Of a stretch of 64,000 nt of DNA, positions 27,915 to 38,682 are shown piece by piece; positions within the stretch are counted from its first letter, which is position 1, and each line of letters starts with the position of its first letter. Source of the DNA: Gammaproteobacteria bacterium (GTDB lineage Bacteria > Pseudomonadota > Gammaproteobacteria > RBG-16-57-12); contig JAKIVC010000002.1 of NCBI GenBank assembly GCA_021647245.1, positions 64,184-128,183 on the forward strand, in the 5' to 3' direction. A program made the position numbers and the translations under genes. The notes beneath the pieces are model-generated. The model had not been told where the DNA came from. It saw only the letters and a program-made list of their open reading frames with translations, and did not search any database.

Positions 27915-28340
27915 ATGAAGGCGCGGATTAAATGGGTAGAAGATGCCACTTTTCTGGGCGAGTCAGGTAGCGGGCATGCGGTTGTAATGGATGGCCCACC
28001 CGAGAGTGGTGGCCGCAACCTGGGTGTACGCCCCATGGAGATGCTGCTGCTGGGAATGGGCGGCTGCGCCAGTTTTGACGTGGTGAGTATCTTGAAGAAA
28101 TCGCGCCAGCCGATAACTGACTGTATTGCCGAAATCACAGCGCAACGGGCTGATGATGAGCCCAAGGTATTCACTCAAATACACATACACTTTATTGTGT
28201 CGGGTGAAGGGCTTAAAGAGAAGCAGGTGGCGCGGGCGGTCTCGCTCTCGGCAGAAAAATATTGTTCGGCCTCCATCATGTTGGGAAAAACCGCTAAAAT
28301 AAGCCACGACTATCAAATACGAGGTGGTGTTGATGAGTGA
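27915..28340 (+). CDS. OsmC family peroxiredoxin-like protein
   Basis: 141 aa with the two conserved Cys contexts of the OsmC family, GMGGCASFD and AEKYCSAS. Confidence 0.85.
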   Translation: MKARIKWVEDATFLGESGSGHAVVMDGPPESGGRNLGVRPMEMLLLGMGGCASFDVVSILKKSRQPITDCIAEITAQRADDEPKVFTQIHIHFIVSGEGLKEKQVARAVSLSAEKYCSASIMLGKTAKISHDYQIRGGVDE

Positions 28341-28734
28341 GTTACCCGTTCGTCCGAAGCCCACAGGGGGAATGCGCCATGTGGCACTTTTTCTGGAAAA
28401 CTTCGAAGCGTGTGAACAGTTTTACACTGAGTTAATGGGCATGAAGCTGGAGTGGCGGCCCGATCCGGATAACCTCTACCTGACCAGTGGCAACGATAAC
28501 CTGGCGTTACACCGCGCAAAAAATGTCGATATGAGTGGCTTTCAGCGGCTGGATCACATCGGCTTTATTATTGAATCTCCCGAGCAGGTACAGGTGTGGT
28601 ATGACTATCTGCTGGCACACGATGTCAAGATGAAAACCACCCCGCGCCAGCATCGGGATGGTGCCCATAGCTTTTACTGCTTCGACCCTGACGGTAATAC
28701 TGTGCAGATCATATATCACCCGCCTATTTCATAG
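28333..28734 (+). CDS. VOC (glyoxalase/bleomycin-resistance/dioxygenase) family protein
   Basis: MRHVALFLENFEACEQFY...LDHIGF...FYCFDPDGNTVQI. ATG 28333 overlaps the osmC stop. Confidence 0.8.
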   Translation: MSELPVRPKPTGGMRHVALFLENFEACEQFYTELMGMKLEWRPDPDNLYLTSGNDNLALHRAKNVDMSGFQRLDHIGFIIESPEQVQVWYDYLLAHDVKMKTTPRQHRDGAHSFYCFDPDGNTVQIIYHPPIS

Positions 28735-28837
28735 AATCAAAGGGCGGTCATAGCCGTAGGTCTGGGCAGTCTTGACCCTGTTTAGCGGCTCTTATTGTGT
28801 TGTTGGCATTTATGAGGATAGACGATTGGCCGAGTCA

Positions 28838-29635
28838 ATGAAGAAGTTGAAACTACATGGTTTTAACAACCTAACCAAAACCCTGAGCTTCAATATTTAT
28901 GATATCTGTTATGCCAAAACGTCGCAGGAACGCCGCGCTTACATTGAGTATATCGATGAAGAGTACAATGCTGAACGCTTGACTCATATTCTCACAGAGG
29001 TGACCCGTATCATTGGCGCTAATGTGCTGAACATTGCCCGCCAGGATTATGAACCGCAGGGTGCCAGCGTCACGCTGTTGGTCTCTGAGGAGTCAGACCT
29101 ATCGGACTTACAGAACAGCGAGGCCCCTGGCCCGCTGCCCAAGACGGTCGTTGCTCACTTGGATAAATCACACATTACCGTACACACCTACCCCGAGAGC
29201 CACCCTGATAATGGCATCTCAACCTTTCGAGCTGATATTGATGTCTCGACCTGTGGCCGCATCTCACCGCTGAAGGCGTTGAACTACCTGATTCACAGTT
29301 TTGACTCCGACATGGTGACTATGGATTATCGGGTGCGCGGCTTTACCCGTGATATTGATGGCCACAAACACTTTATCGATCACGGCATTAACTCCATCCA
29401 GAACTTCATTGCGGAAGATACCAAAGAGCTGTACGAAATGATTGATGTGAATGTCTATCAGGAAAATATTTTCCATACCAAGATGATGCTTAAAGAGATG
29501 CTGCTGCCCCGTTATCTGTTTGCTTCGGCGATAGAAGATTTCAGTAAGGAGGAGCTGACGATTATCCACCATAGCCTCAAGCGTGAAATGCTGGAGATCT
29601 TCTATGGTAGAAATATGAGTAACATGCCTGAATAA
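28838..29635 (+). CDS. speD: S-adenosylmethionine decarboxylase proenzyme
   Basis: From ATG 28838, [28 protein letters not shown] is nearly identical to the E. coli SpeD N-terminus. The longer TTG-initiated extension in the ORF track has no support. Confidence 0.95.
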   Translation: MKKLKLHGFNNLTKTLSFNIYDICYAKTSQERRAYIEYIDEEYNAERLTHILTEVTRIIGANVLNIARQDYEPQGASVTLLVSEESDLSDLQNSEAPGPLPKTVVAHLDKSHITVHTYPESHPDNGISTFRADIDVSTCGRISPLKALNYLIHSFDSDMVTMDYRVRGFTRDIDGHKHFIDHGINSIQNFIAEDTKELYEMIDVNVYQENIFHTKMMLKEMLLPRYLFASAIEDFSKEELTIIHHSLKREMLEIFYGRNMSNMPE

Positions 29636-29754
29636 ACCTTGTTATCCCCCCCCGCTTTCCGCGCTGACTCCTTGCCATGCGGCGGTCAGCAGCCTCCTCT
29701 AATTTCATGTAGAATACCCGACCTGCGTATATCTTAAAGACTCAAGGTGAATAA

Positions 29755-32319
29755 ATGATCGAAGCATATAATCAACACGTTGCTGAACGTGAAGCAGATG
29801 GCTTGCCCCCCTTGGCACTGAATGCGGAGCAAACAGCCGCACTCGTGGAATTGATTAAACAACCACCCGTGGGCAAAGAAGCATTTTTGGTGGAACTGCT
29901 GGTAGAGCGTGTGCCTGCCGGTGTAGATGATGCTGCTTACGTCAAAGCGGCCTTCCTTGCAGCCATTACAACGGGCGATGCCGTTTCACCGTTAATTGAT
30001 GCCGCCCGTGCCACTGAGTTGTTAGGCACTATGCTGGGTGGTTACAACATCGAGGCATTAATTGCAGCACTGGATAAGGATGCGATTGCACCGATTGCGG
30101 TCACCGCACTCTCAAAAACACTGCTGATGTTTGATGCTTTTAACGATGTGATCGCCAAGGCCAAGGCGGGTAACGGTTATGCCAAGCAGGTCGCGGATTC
30201 CTGGGCCAATGCTGAGTGGTTCACCAACAAACCTGAGATGCCAAAAGAGATTCAAGTCACCGTCTTCAAAGTGCCTGGTGAAACCAATACAGATGACCTC
30301 TCCCCCGCCTCAGAAGCGTGGAGTCGCCCGGATATTCCGCTCCATGCCAAGACCATGCTGGTGGCCAAAATGCCCGATGCAATGGAGAAGATTGCCGAAC
30401 TGAAAGCCAAGGGTAATCCACTCGCCTATGTGGGCGATGTGGTTGGAACCGGCTCTTCCCGTAAATCAGCCATCAACTCGGTGCTGTGGCATATGGGAAA
30501 TAATATCCCCTTCGTACCTAACAAGCGCCAGGGTGGAGTGATACTGGGTGGCAAGATAGCCCCCATTTTCTTTAATACGGCAGAAGACTCGGGCGCATTG
30601 CCGATTGAATGCGATGTCGCACAATTGAATATGGGTGATGTGATTACCATCAAACCCTATCAGGGCGTGATTGAAAATGAAGCAGGAGAGGTGATCTCCC
30701 GCTTTGATCTTAAGCCAGCCACGATGGCTGATGAAGTGCGAGCAGGGGGTCGTATCCCGCTGATTATTGGTCGATCGCTAACCGATAAAACCCGAGAAGC
30801 ACTGGACTTGTCGGCATCGACACTCTTCACCCGGCCAACACCCGCCGCAGAGACAGGGAAAGGTTATACTCTGGCGCAGAAGATAGTCGGCAAGGCGTGT
30901 AGTGTTGAGGGTATCCGCCCGGGCACCTATTGTGAGCCGCGTATAACAACGGTTGGCTCACAGGATACCACCGGCGCGATGACCCGAGATGAGCTGAAAG
31001 AGCTGGCATGTCTCGGTTTCTCTGCTGACTTGGTGATGCAATCGTTTTGCCACACAGCCGCCTACCCCAAGCCGGTTGATATTAGCCTGCAACACACCCT
31101 CCCCAGCTTCTTCAACAACCGTGGTGGTGTTGCGCTACGACCTGGGGATGGGGTGATCCACTCCTGGTTAAATCGGATGTTGTTACCCGACACGGTGGGG
31201 ACCGGGGGTGATTCCCACACCCGCTTTCCAATGGGTATCAGCTTTCCTGCAGGCTCTGGATTGGTGGCCTTTGCCGCTGCATTGGGCGTTATGCCGCTGG
31301 ATATGCCCGAGTCGGTTCTGGTGCGTTTTAAGGGCAAGATGCAACCAGGCATTACCCTGCGTGACCTGGTCAACGCGATTCCATTGGCAGCGATTCAGCA
31401 AGGTTTGCTGACGGTAGAGAAAACGGGCAAGAAAAATATTTTCTCGGGTCGCATTCTGGAGATTGAGGGTTTGGAGCAGATGAAGGTTGAACAAGCCTTT
31501 GAGCTATCCGATGCATCAGCCGAACGCTCTGCGGCCGGTTGTACAGTTAAACTGGATCAAGCACCGATCATCGAATACCTTAAATCCAACATCACACTGT
31601 TAAAGTGGATGATCGCCAATGACTATGCGGATGCCAAAACCCTCAGCCGCCGTGTTGAATCAATGGAGCAGTGGCTGGAAAACCCGGTATTGCTGGAGGG
31701 GGATGGTGATGCTGAATATGCAGAAATTATCGAGATTGATTTGGCCGAGATAAAAGAGCCGATTCTCTGCTGTCCCAATGATCCTGATGACGTTAAGTTG
31801 CTCTCAGAAGTGGCGGGCGAGAAAATTGATGAGGTCTTCATCGGTTCGTGTATGACTAATATTGGCCATTTCCGCGCAGCGGGTAAAGTGCTTGAAGCCT
31901 TTGGTGGCGCAGTTCCCACCCGCCTGTGGATCGCACCACCCACTAAAATGGACGAGCATCAACTAACGGAAGAGGGCTACTACAGCATCTACGGCAAAGC
32001 GGGAGCCCGCACTGAAATGCCTGGCTGCTCACTCTGCATGGGTAATCAGGCCCGCGTAGCAGACAGCGCAGTGGTGATGTCCACCTCAACCCGAAACTTT
32101 CCAAATCGCTTGGGTAAGGATGCCATGGTCTACCTGGGGTCGGCTGAGCTGGCGGCGGTTTGTGCGCAGATGGGCAAGATCCCCACGGTTGCTGAGTATC
32201 ATGAAGCGGTCAAAACTATAGAGCCACTGGCGGCTGATACCTATCGCTACCTCAATTTTCATGAAATTGAAGAGTACAAAAAGGTGGCCGATAAGGTGAT
32301 TCCAATTACCGCTGGGTAA
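29755..32319 (+). CDS. acnB: bifunctional aconitate hydratase 2 / 2-methylisocitrate dehydratase
   Basis: 854 aa with the AcnB-specific N-terminal HEAT-like domain ([22 protein letters not shown]) and aconitase Fe-S motifs ([14 protein letters not shown]). Confidence 0.97.
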   Translation: MIEAYNQHVAEREADGLPPLALNAEQTAALVELIKQPPVGKEAFLVELLVERVPAGVDDAAYVKAAFLAAITTGDAVSPLIDAARATELLGTMLGGYNIEALIAALDKDAIAPIAVTALSKTLLMFDAFNDVIAKAKAGNGYAKQVADSWANAEWFTNKPEMPKEIQVTVFKVPGETNTDDLSPASEAWSRPDIPLHAKTMLVAKMPDAMEKIAELKAKGNPLAYVGDVVGTGSSRKSAINSVLWHMGNNIPFVPNKRQGGVILGGKIAPIFFNTAEDSGALPIECDVAQLNMGDVITIKPYQGVIENEAGEVISRFDLKPATMADEVRAGGRIPLIIGRSLTDKTREALDLSASTLFTRPTPAAETGKGYTLAQKIVGKACSVEGIRPGTYCEPRITTVGSQDTTGAMTRDELKELACLGFSADLVMQSFCHTAAYPKPVDISLQHTLPSFFNNRGGVALRPGDGVIHSWLNRMLLPDTVGTGGDSHTRFPMGISFPAGSGLVAFAAALGVMPLDMPESVLVRFKGKMQPGITLRDLVNAIPLAAIQQGLLTVEKTGKKNIFSGRILEIEGLEQMKVEQAFELSDASAERSAAGCTVKLDQAPIIEYLKSNITLLKWMIANDYADAKTLSRRVESMEQWLENPVLLEGDGDAEYAEIIEIDLAEIKEPILCCPNDPDDVKLLSEVAGEKIDEVFIGSCMTNIGHFRAAGKVLEAFGGAVPTRLWIAPPTKMDEHQLTEEGYYSIYGKAGARTEMPGCSLCMGNQARVADSAVVMSTSTRNFPNRLGKDAMVYLGSAELAAVCAQMGKIPTVAEYHEAVKTIEPLAADTYRYLNFHEIEEYKKVADKVIPITAG

Positions 32320-32374
32320 TTGTCAGCACACCAATGTTGATAGCGGATCGATTATTGCAAAAGAAACACCTCTT

Positions 32375-33598
32375 ATGACGGTATGGGGAAATATGATGAG
32401 CTTTTTTGCTAAAAAAATGAAGTGGGGTGTTTGTGTCATTAGCGGCGCTACCCTAATGGTTGCAGGCTCGGCAGCATCGGCATCTGGAATCACTGAAGCG
32501 ATTAAAGGGGGTGAGGTCAGCGGTGATTTTCGTCTGCGAATGGAGACGGTGACTCAAGATAACGCCCTAAATGATGCAAATGCACTCACATTGCGCAGTC
32601 GGCTGGGTTATCGAACAGCGGACTACAAGGGATTGACTGGTTTTATGGAGTTTGAAAATGTTACCGCGCTGAATGATGATTATGAGCCGATGCCCAGTAA
32701 CCCGGCCAAAACAGAGTCAGTGGTGGCTGATCCGGAAGGCACCGAGGTTAATCAGCTCTATTTGAAGTATGTTTCGGGTGGTCACGCGATTACCGCAGGT
32801 CGCCAGCGGGTTATTCTGGATAATGCCCGTTTTGTGGGCAACGTTGGGTGGCGCCAAAATGAGCAGACATTTAATGCCATTGTCTTTACGGTAGATTCCG
32901 TTGCGGATACCTCACTTGTTTATGCTTACGTGGACGGGGTTAATACAATCCTCGGGGGTGAGTACGATACTTCCGCGTATATCTTTAACGCATCATATAC
33001 TGGCTTTAGTGCCGGAAAAATAACCGGTTACTCCTATGTTATTGAGCAGGATGATGTGCCTTCGGCCTCAAATTCAATCCTGGGTTTACGGTTTTCCGGG
33101 GCGACAGATGTAGCAGAAGCCAAGGTAAAATATACGCTTGAGTATGCGAAGCAGTCGGATTATGCCGAGGGCACTAATATTGATGCCCAATACCTGTTGG
33201 CTGAATTAGGCGCAGAATTCAGTGGTGTGGGTATCAAGCTGGGCTACGAAGTGTTGGGGGATGGTAAGGGTGCAAATGACGCTTCATTCAGCACGCCCTT
33301 AGCCACGAAACACGCCTTTAATGGCTGGGCAGATGCCTTTTTAACCACGCCTACCGATGGCCTGCAGGATATTTATCTCTCCGTTACCACCCAAATTGAA
33401 GGGGTAAAGCTGTTAGCCGTCTACCACGACTACTCCGCAGATACCGGCAGTGCCGACCATGGCTCGGAGATCAACCTGCTTGCCGCTAAAAAGTTTGCAG
33501 GCCACTACACTGCGCTACTAAAGTATGCAGATTACTCTGCGGGTGATAGTGGTACGGATACCAGAAAGCTGTGGTTGATGGGGCAGATGAAATTTTAG
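32375..33598 (+). CDS. outer-membrane porin-like beta-barrel protein (family uncertain)
   Basis: 407 aa with a signal peptide and beta-barrel repeats (GDFRLRMETV.., LTLRSRLGYRT). The C-terminal ..LMGQMKF has the terminal-Phe OMP signature. The start may be ATG 32393. Confidence 0.7.
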   Translation: MTVWGNMMSFFAKKMKWGVCVISGATLMVAGSAASASGITEAIKGGEVSGDFRLRMETVTQDNALNDANALTLRSRLGYRTADYKGLTGFMEFENVTALNDDYEPMPSNPAKTESVVADPEGTEVNQLYLKYVSGGHAITAGRQRVILDNARFVGNVGWRQNEQTFNAIVFTVDSVADTSLVYAYVDGVNTILGGEYDTSAYIFNASYTGFSAGKITGYSYVIEQDDVPSASNSILGLRFSGATDVAEAKVKYTLEYAKQSDYAEGTNIDAQYLLAELGAEFSGVGIKLGYEVLGDGKGANDASFSTPLATKHAFNGWADAFLTTPTDGLQDIYLSVTTQIEGVKLLAVYHDYSADTGSADHGSEINLLAAKKFAGHYTALLKYADYSAGDSGTDTRKLWLMGQMKF

Positions 33599-33600
33599 GA

Positions 33601-33758
33601 GGAGGTCGGACTTAGGGTGAATCTACTGCGGAAAAGCCATTCTGGCCCATTTCTCTGATCCTTTTCGTTGAATATGCCCAATATTCGCCTCAAACGACCA
33701 AAAAAATGGACTCAAAATGGCTTTCCCTCGCTACGATTACCTAAGCCCGACAGCCTCC
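33601..33758 (+). repeat. MITE-like repeat family B, full copy (B1)
   Basis: Terminal inverted repeats are ggaggtcggacttagggtga (33601-33620) and ttacctaagcccgacagcctcc (33737-33758). It begins 3 nt after the porin stop. The left end recurs inverted at 20551-20588. Confidence 0.65.
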
Positions 33759-33884
33759 TAGCCGAGTTTTACCACGGACAAAAAACAGCAAAAATTGTCG
33801 ACCCCTTCTCTTTTCTGATAAAAGCGCATTGCGAGGCCTATGGGGGCAAGGTAAGTTAATTATCTTGCTCCTGAGGTGAATGAG

Positions 33885-34967
33885 ATGTTCCGATATTTAG
33901 TAGTGGCTGCGCTGTTTCCTATGTTGTCCGGCTGTGGTGGAGATACCCCGGCATCATCCAGTGAACCAGAGCGTGTTGAAAAAATAGTCGCTCGAGAGAG
34001 TAACCGTAGCTGCCTTGCTCCGGCGGATGCTATCGATACCGCGACCCGGCTCTCCACCACAGGCTGTTTTACAGATGTTAGCAACCAGATAATGGCGGGT
34101 GGGGTGATCCCCTACACCGTCAATAGCGTGTTGTGGTCCGATGGTGAGAGCAAAGGGCGTTATTTTGCAGTGCCGGATGGCACGACCATCAGCTTAACGG
34201 TGGACGAATCTTCAATTGTTGCCAGTAATGGCACTAAAAATGGTGATTTCAACTTTCCGGTAGGCGCGGTGGTGATCAAACACTTCTATAGTGGCAGCCG
34301 TATCGTTGAGACCCGCTTGCTGATGAACCATGCCAATGATGGTTGGGGTGGCTACGCCTATCAGTGGGATGAGTCACAGAGTGACGGTACCCTGCTGGTT
34401 GGCTCAAATAGCATCACCACACCGGTCAGCCACTATTTCCCGAGCCGCGAAGAGTGTATGGAGTGCCATACGGATGCCGCTCGGGTGTTATTAGGGCCGG
34501 ATACTCTACAACTCAATTACCCCCTTTACTATACGGATGGCACAGAAGAGAACTATCTCGATGCTTTGGTTCGATTAAATTACCTCTCGGCACCGTTGCT
34601 GGCGGATTATAAGGTGGATCGGCTCTATGCAATTGACGATAGCGACGCACCATTAGAGCAGCGAGCCAGAAGCTATTTGCACAGTAACTGCTCGGGCTGT
34701 CACCGCACTGGCGCACCGCAAGGTGGCTTTGATCTTCGTTACACCTCATCGTTTGTAAACAATGTTTGTGGTATCGCTGCAGCAGAGCCGACCAGCCCCA
34801 CCGGAGGGTTGCTGATCGACCCCGGCAATGCTGATAACGCCACTATTCAGCAGCGACTCGCCTCTATGGGGAGCATTCAAATGCCACCTATCGGGCGAGA
34901 GCAAACCGACCCCGAAGCGGTTCAAGTGATGGCTGATTGGATCAATAGCCTGCAGGGCTGTGATTAA
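33885..34967 (+). CDS. putative dihaem c-type cytochrome lipoprotein
   Basis: Lipobox MLSGC and two CxxCH motifs (CMECH, CSGCH). ATG 33885 follows GAGGTG. Confidence 0.7.
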   Translation: MFRYLVVAALFPMLSGCGGDTPASSSEPERVEKIVARESNRSCLAPADAIDTATRLSTTGCFTDVSNQIMAGGVIPYTVNSVLWSDGESKGRYFAVPDGTTISLTVDESSIVASNGTKNGDFNFPVGAVVIKHFYSGSRIVETRLLMNHANDGWGGYAYQWDESQSDGTLLVGSNSITTPVSHYFPSREECMECHTDAARVLLGPDTLQLNYPLYYTDGTEENYLDALVRLNYLSAPLLADYKVDRLYAIDDSDAPLEQRARSYLHSNCSGCHRTGAPQGGFDLRYTSSFVNNVCGIAAAEPTSPTGGLLIDPGNADNATIQQRLASMGSIQMPPIGREQTDPEAVQVMADWINSLQGCD

Positions 34968-37612
34968 CCCAGCAACTTTTTTAACTCCGGCACACATGAG
35001 CCACAATTTGTGCCGGCATTCAGATAGCTACCAATCTCTTCCACACTTTTCAAGCCATGTTTTTGGATCGCCTCTCGAATACTGTTTTCACCTACCTTGA
35101 AACAGGCGCAGACCACACGCCCGGTATCAACCTGGCCGACCGGTGGCTTTCCAGTGAGCAGTGCACGGCGCTCATCATTATCCAGCACCTCTTTTTCAAA
35201 AAGTGAGGCGAGCCAACTGCGGGGTGGCAGCGCTTTGTCCGGGGCGATGAAAATACAGCTCTCCACTTGATCTCCTGTCATACGAATACCTCGATAGGTG
35301 TTTGCGCCGTTATCCAGCAGTTCGACCCAGTTGACATCATTATTTGAGGTGCAAAGATAACTTCTCGCCCATGCGGGGAGATCTTTGGAGCGTTGCTCAC
35401 CCGCCACTTCGTATCGATAGTGGTTATTGCCGGTTGCCCTTGCCCAGTAACAGACCCCTTCCAGTTTTAATGCGCGGCGCGAAAGGATAAAGCCGTGCCA
35501 TGCGGTTTGGTAAGGCTTAAGCTGCACCGGCGTATGTTTAAACTCAGGTTGGCCCGAAAGCGGGTCTACCGCAGGATTGACCACTGCGGAGGCTTTTCCC
35601 CTGCTGGAAAACTGCTCGCTCCAGTGCATCGGCGCAAACAATTCACCACGGCGCTGGCCGTTGTCCAAGCGTACTCGCCCGATCATCTCACCCCAGCGGC
35701 TGGTCACCGTGGCTAACGCATCCTCATTGATAGAGAGCGCCACGGCATCATCAGGATGAATGGCGATGTAGGGTTCGGGGCTATGCTCAGATAGCCGTGG
35801 CGCCTTTCCAGTGCGGGTCATGGTGTGCCACTGGTCGCGTACCCGCCCAGTATTCAGAATAAAGGGAAAGCTGTCACAGGGCATGTGTGCGGGTAGCCGT
35901 GGCTCAATGGCTTGAAACTGTGCCTTGCCTGATGGCGTGAAAAAATGGCCATCACTAAACATGCGAGCACTCCCCGCAGGCTGCTGTTGATTCACTGGCC
36001 ACTGGATGGGTGATAGCTGGTGGTAACTCTGTTGAGTTTGACTGCTCAGTGCCGAAAGGTCGAAGTCACGCTCTCCGTTGTTTCTATATCCGGAAAGAGC
36101 CGCGTGTTCGTTAAATATTTCGTAAGGGTGTTGATAATTAAAACCATCGCTATACCCCATACGCTTGGCCACCTCAGAGATTATCCACCAATCGGGTTTT
36201 GCTTCACCGGCAGCCGCCTGAAAAGCTCTCTGGCGTGAGATACGTCGTTCAGAATTGGTAACGGTGCCGCTCTTCTCCCCCCAGCCTTGGGCCGGTAATA
36301 AAATATTGGCACGGAGGGTGGTGTCGGTCTGCTTAACGCAATCGGAGACCACTACAAACTCGCACTGTTTGATCGCTTCTGCAACGTGGTCTGCATTGGG
36401 CATGCTGGCTGCGGGGTTGGTGGCCATGATCCATACAGCCTTGATCTTTCCCTTGGCAATATCATCAAACATATCTACCGCCTTGCGGCCGCTTTGTTTA
36501 GGAATGGCGGGTGAGCCCCAGAAGCTTTGTACTAAAGTACGGTGCGCGGGGTTTTTTATCTCCATATGAGCGGCCAACATATTGGCCAACCCGCCTACTT
36601 CGCGCCCTCCCATGGCGTTTGGTTGGCCAGTAAAAGAGAAGGGGCCCATGCCGGGGCGACCGATACGCCCGGTGGCCAGATGGCAGTTGATAATGGCATT
36701 GACCTTATCCGAACCACTGGTTGATTGATTAATGCCCTGAGAGTAGACAGTGACCACCCGCTCTGTGCGGGAGAAGAGTCGATAAAACGCTTGAACCACA
36801 GACACTTCGAGGCCACAGCGTAGTGCCACGGAGTCGACGCTAGGCGCGGTTTTTTCTGCCATGCGGAGTGCGGTCTCAAACCCCTCGGTATAAGCATTCA
36901 AATAACTGTGGTTTATTTCACCATCCCGCTGCAGATAACTTAGCAAGCCATTAAACAGTACGGTATCGGTACCAGAACGCAGGGGCAGGTGGAGGTCGGC
37001 AATGTCACAGCTGGGGGTCTCTCTGGGGTCGATTACTACCACCATCAGATCGGGGTTGACCCGCTTTGCCTGGTTGATTCGCTGAAACAGTACCGGATGA
37101 CACCAGGCTGCATTGGTGCCGGCCAGTACAATCAGCTTTGCTCGTTCCAGATCTTCATAACAGCAGGGCACGGTGTCTGACCCAAAAGCGCGTTTATGGC
37201 CTGTGACAGAAGAGGACATGCAGAGCCGCGAGTTGGTATCAATATTGGCTGTGCCGATATAACCTTTGATCAGCTTATTGGCGACATAGTAATCTTCAGT
37301 CAAGAGTTGCCCCGACACATAAAAAGCGACCGCGTCAGGGCCGTGCTGCTCAACGGTTGCTAAAAACCTCTCCGCGACCTCCCCAAGCGCCTGATCCCAG
37401 CTGGCGGGTATTCCCTCAATTTCGGGCTGGAGCAGCCGCCCCTCCAGTCCCAAGGTTTCGCCCAACGCCGACCCTTTGGAGCAGAGCTTGCCAAAATTAG
37501 CGGGGTGCAGCGGGTCACCTTGGACTGTGTAGCCGCCATCAGCATTCGCTGCTACCAGCACTCCGCAGCCAACACCACAATAGGGGCAGGTTGTTTTTGT
37601 CATCTTGGACAT
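34964..37612 (-). CDS. nasA: assimilatory nitrate reductase catalytic subunit with C-terminal BFD-like [2Fe-2S] domain
   Basis: 882 aa. The N-terminal TCPYCGVGCGV 4Fe-4S motif is typical of NasA/NarB, followed by a molybdopterin oxidoreductase body. The C-terminal CACFKV...CGSCVPE is a BFD-type cluster. Confidence 0.9.
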   Translation of the reverse strand: MSKMTKTTCPYCGVGCGVLVAANADGGYTVQGDPLHPANFGKLCSKGSALGETLGLEGRLLQPEIEGIPASWDQALGEVAERFLATVEQHGPDAVAFYVSGQLLTEDYYVANKLIKGYIGTANIDTNSRLCMSSSVTGHKRAFGSDTVPCCYEDLERAKLIVLAGTNAAWCHPVLFQRINQAKRVNPDLMVVVIDPRETPSCDIADLHLPLRSGTDTVLFNGLLSYLQRDGEINHSYLNAYTEGFETALRMAEKTAPSVDSVALRCGLEVSVVQAFYRLFSRTERVVTVYSQGINQSTSGSDKVNAIINCHLATGRIGRPGMGPFSFTGQPNAMGGREVGGLANMLAAHMEIKNPAHRTLVQSFWGSPAIPKQSGRKAVDMFDDIAKGKIKAVWIMATNPAASMPNADHVAEAIKQCEFVVVSDCVKQTDTTLRANILLPAQGWGEKSGTVTNSERRISRQRAFQAAAGEAKPDWWIISEVAKRMGYSDGFNYQHPYEIFNEHAALSGYRNNGERDFDLSALSSQTQQSYHQLSPIQWPVNQQQPAGSARMFSDGHFFTPSGKAQFQAIEPRLPAHMPCDSFPFILNTGRVRDQWHTMTRTGKAPRLSEHSPEPYIAIHPDDAVALSINEDALATVTSRWGEMIGRVRLDNGQRRGELFAPMHWSEQFSSRGKASAVVNPAVDPLSGQPEFKHTPVQLKPYQTAWHGFILSRRALKLEGVCYWARATGNNHYRYEVAGEQRSKDLPAWARSYLCTSNNDVNWVELLDNGANTYRGIRMTGDQVESCIFIAPDKALPPRSWLASLFEKEVLDNDERRALLTGKPPVGQVDTGRVVCACFKVGENSIREAIQKHGLKSVEEIGSYLNAGTNCGSCVPELKKLLG

Positions 37613-37924
37613 TATTATTGCCTTTTACATACAGATAAACATTGTTGAGCAAATTTTGCGCCATATTCACATTGTGGTGGTCAAGGGGGTAAATGACGAC
37701 ACAGCGTATCTGGTTTGTGGCTTGGCCACTTTTTCCACACCCTTTTGGTGCGACATTGCCACCATATGCCTATATTAGGTGCGGCTAATACTCTGTTTTC
37801 AGGAGAAAATTAGCCCCTCAAAATAAAATAATATGCCCTTGAGGTAATTGATATAGGGGTTGCAGGCTATAGAAGAGTCTGCTTATACTGCGATAGTGCG
37901 CTTTTAACTGTGGTGAGTACTTGG

Positions 37925-38010
37925 CTCCTACCCTATCTTCATGTAGGAGTGTAAAGCACTGTGGAATCAATCTCTTGCACAGTATACGCACTTCTATTTG
38001 AGGGTTAGGG
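37925..38010 (-). repeat. MITE-like repeat family A, short variant (copy A2)
   Basis: gtgtaaagcactgtggaatcaatctcttgcacagtatacgcacttctatttgagggttaggg aligns with the reverse complement of copy A1 and with the end of copy A4. It lies in the nasA / haemoglobin divergent intergenic region. Confidence 0.6.
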
Positions 38011-38162
38011 TTTTAGTCAAAAGCAAGTGAAGCAGTTTGCCGTATACCGTTGTAACTTGATAACGATCTGATAATCGTTAATAAAGTGTTATTTTTTTAG
38101 TGTATTTATGTTTAACTGCACAAGGTAAGAGACAAAACTATTTTCTTTATAGGAGAGAACAC

Positions 38163-38519
38163 GTGAGTTCATTATTTGATCGTTTGGGTGGTAATGCGGC
38201 TGTAGATGCAGCGGTAGATATTTTTTACGCTAAGGTATTGGCAGATGATCGTATCAACCAGTTTTTTACAACGGTTGATATGGAGACACAAGCGGCCAAG
38301 CAAAAAGCCTTTTTAACCATGGCTTTTGGTGGTCCGAATAGCTATACCGGGCTGGATATGCGTGAAGGGCATAAACATATGAACCTGAACGAAGGTCATT
38401 TTACTGCGGTGGTTGAAAATCTGGCCGCTACACTGAAAGAACTGGGTGTTTCTGATGCCGATATTGCCGAAGTTGCTGAAGTTGCCAATAGCGTAAAGGA
38501 TGATGTGCTAAACCGTTAA
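38163..38519 (+). CDS. group I truncated haemoglobin (trHbN-like)
   Basis: From GTG 38163, after AGGAGA: SLFDRLGGNAAVDAAVDIFYAKVLADDRINQFF...QKAFLTMAFGGPNSYTG.DMREGHKHM. This is the 2-on-2 globin pattern. Confidence 0.85.
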   Translation: MSSLFDRLGGNAAVDAAVDIFYAKVLADDRINQFFTTVDMETQAAKQKAFLTMAFGGPNSYTGLDMREGHKHMNLNEGHFTAVVENLAATLKELGVSDADIAEVAEVANSVKDDVLNR

Positions 38520-38541
38520 GAACAGCTGCTACGGATAATAG

Positions 38542-38574
38542 CGCCTCAACACATGCTGTGTTGAGGCGTTTTTT
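38542..38574 (+). terminator. rho-independent terminator after the haemoglobin gene
   Basis: cgcctcaacac-atgct-gtgttgaggcg followed by tttttt. Confidence 0.85.
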
Positions 38575-38682
38575 ATTGCAAAATATTACTCGTTTCTATA
38601 TTTATTAAAATGGGTTTGATTGAGGCCTCTTTACGAGATCTCTTTAAGATAAAAATACCTTTTACTGCCAAGGTGGGCGTAA

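Noticed and set aside
29655-29700. ctttccgcgctgactccttgccatgcggcggtcagcagcctcc after speD as a third, diverged family B repeat
   Set aside because: Only scattered identity (ttccgc, gactc, cagcctcc) with several gaps. It could equally be an unrelated weak hairpin (gctgac/gtcagc).
33668-33859. 63-aa ORF between the porin and the cytochrome gene
   Set aside because: Most of it lies inside the family B repeat element. It has no RBS and no family resemblance.
37613-37924. Sigma-54 promoter or ANTAR-type antitermination leader upstream of nasA
   Set aside because: The only TGGCA-like string (tggcaatgtcgcacc on the minus strand) has the GC element at the wrong spacing. The hairpins seen (cctcaa/ttgagg, gtggc/gccac) lack the paired hexaloop pattern and a U-tract.
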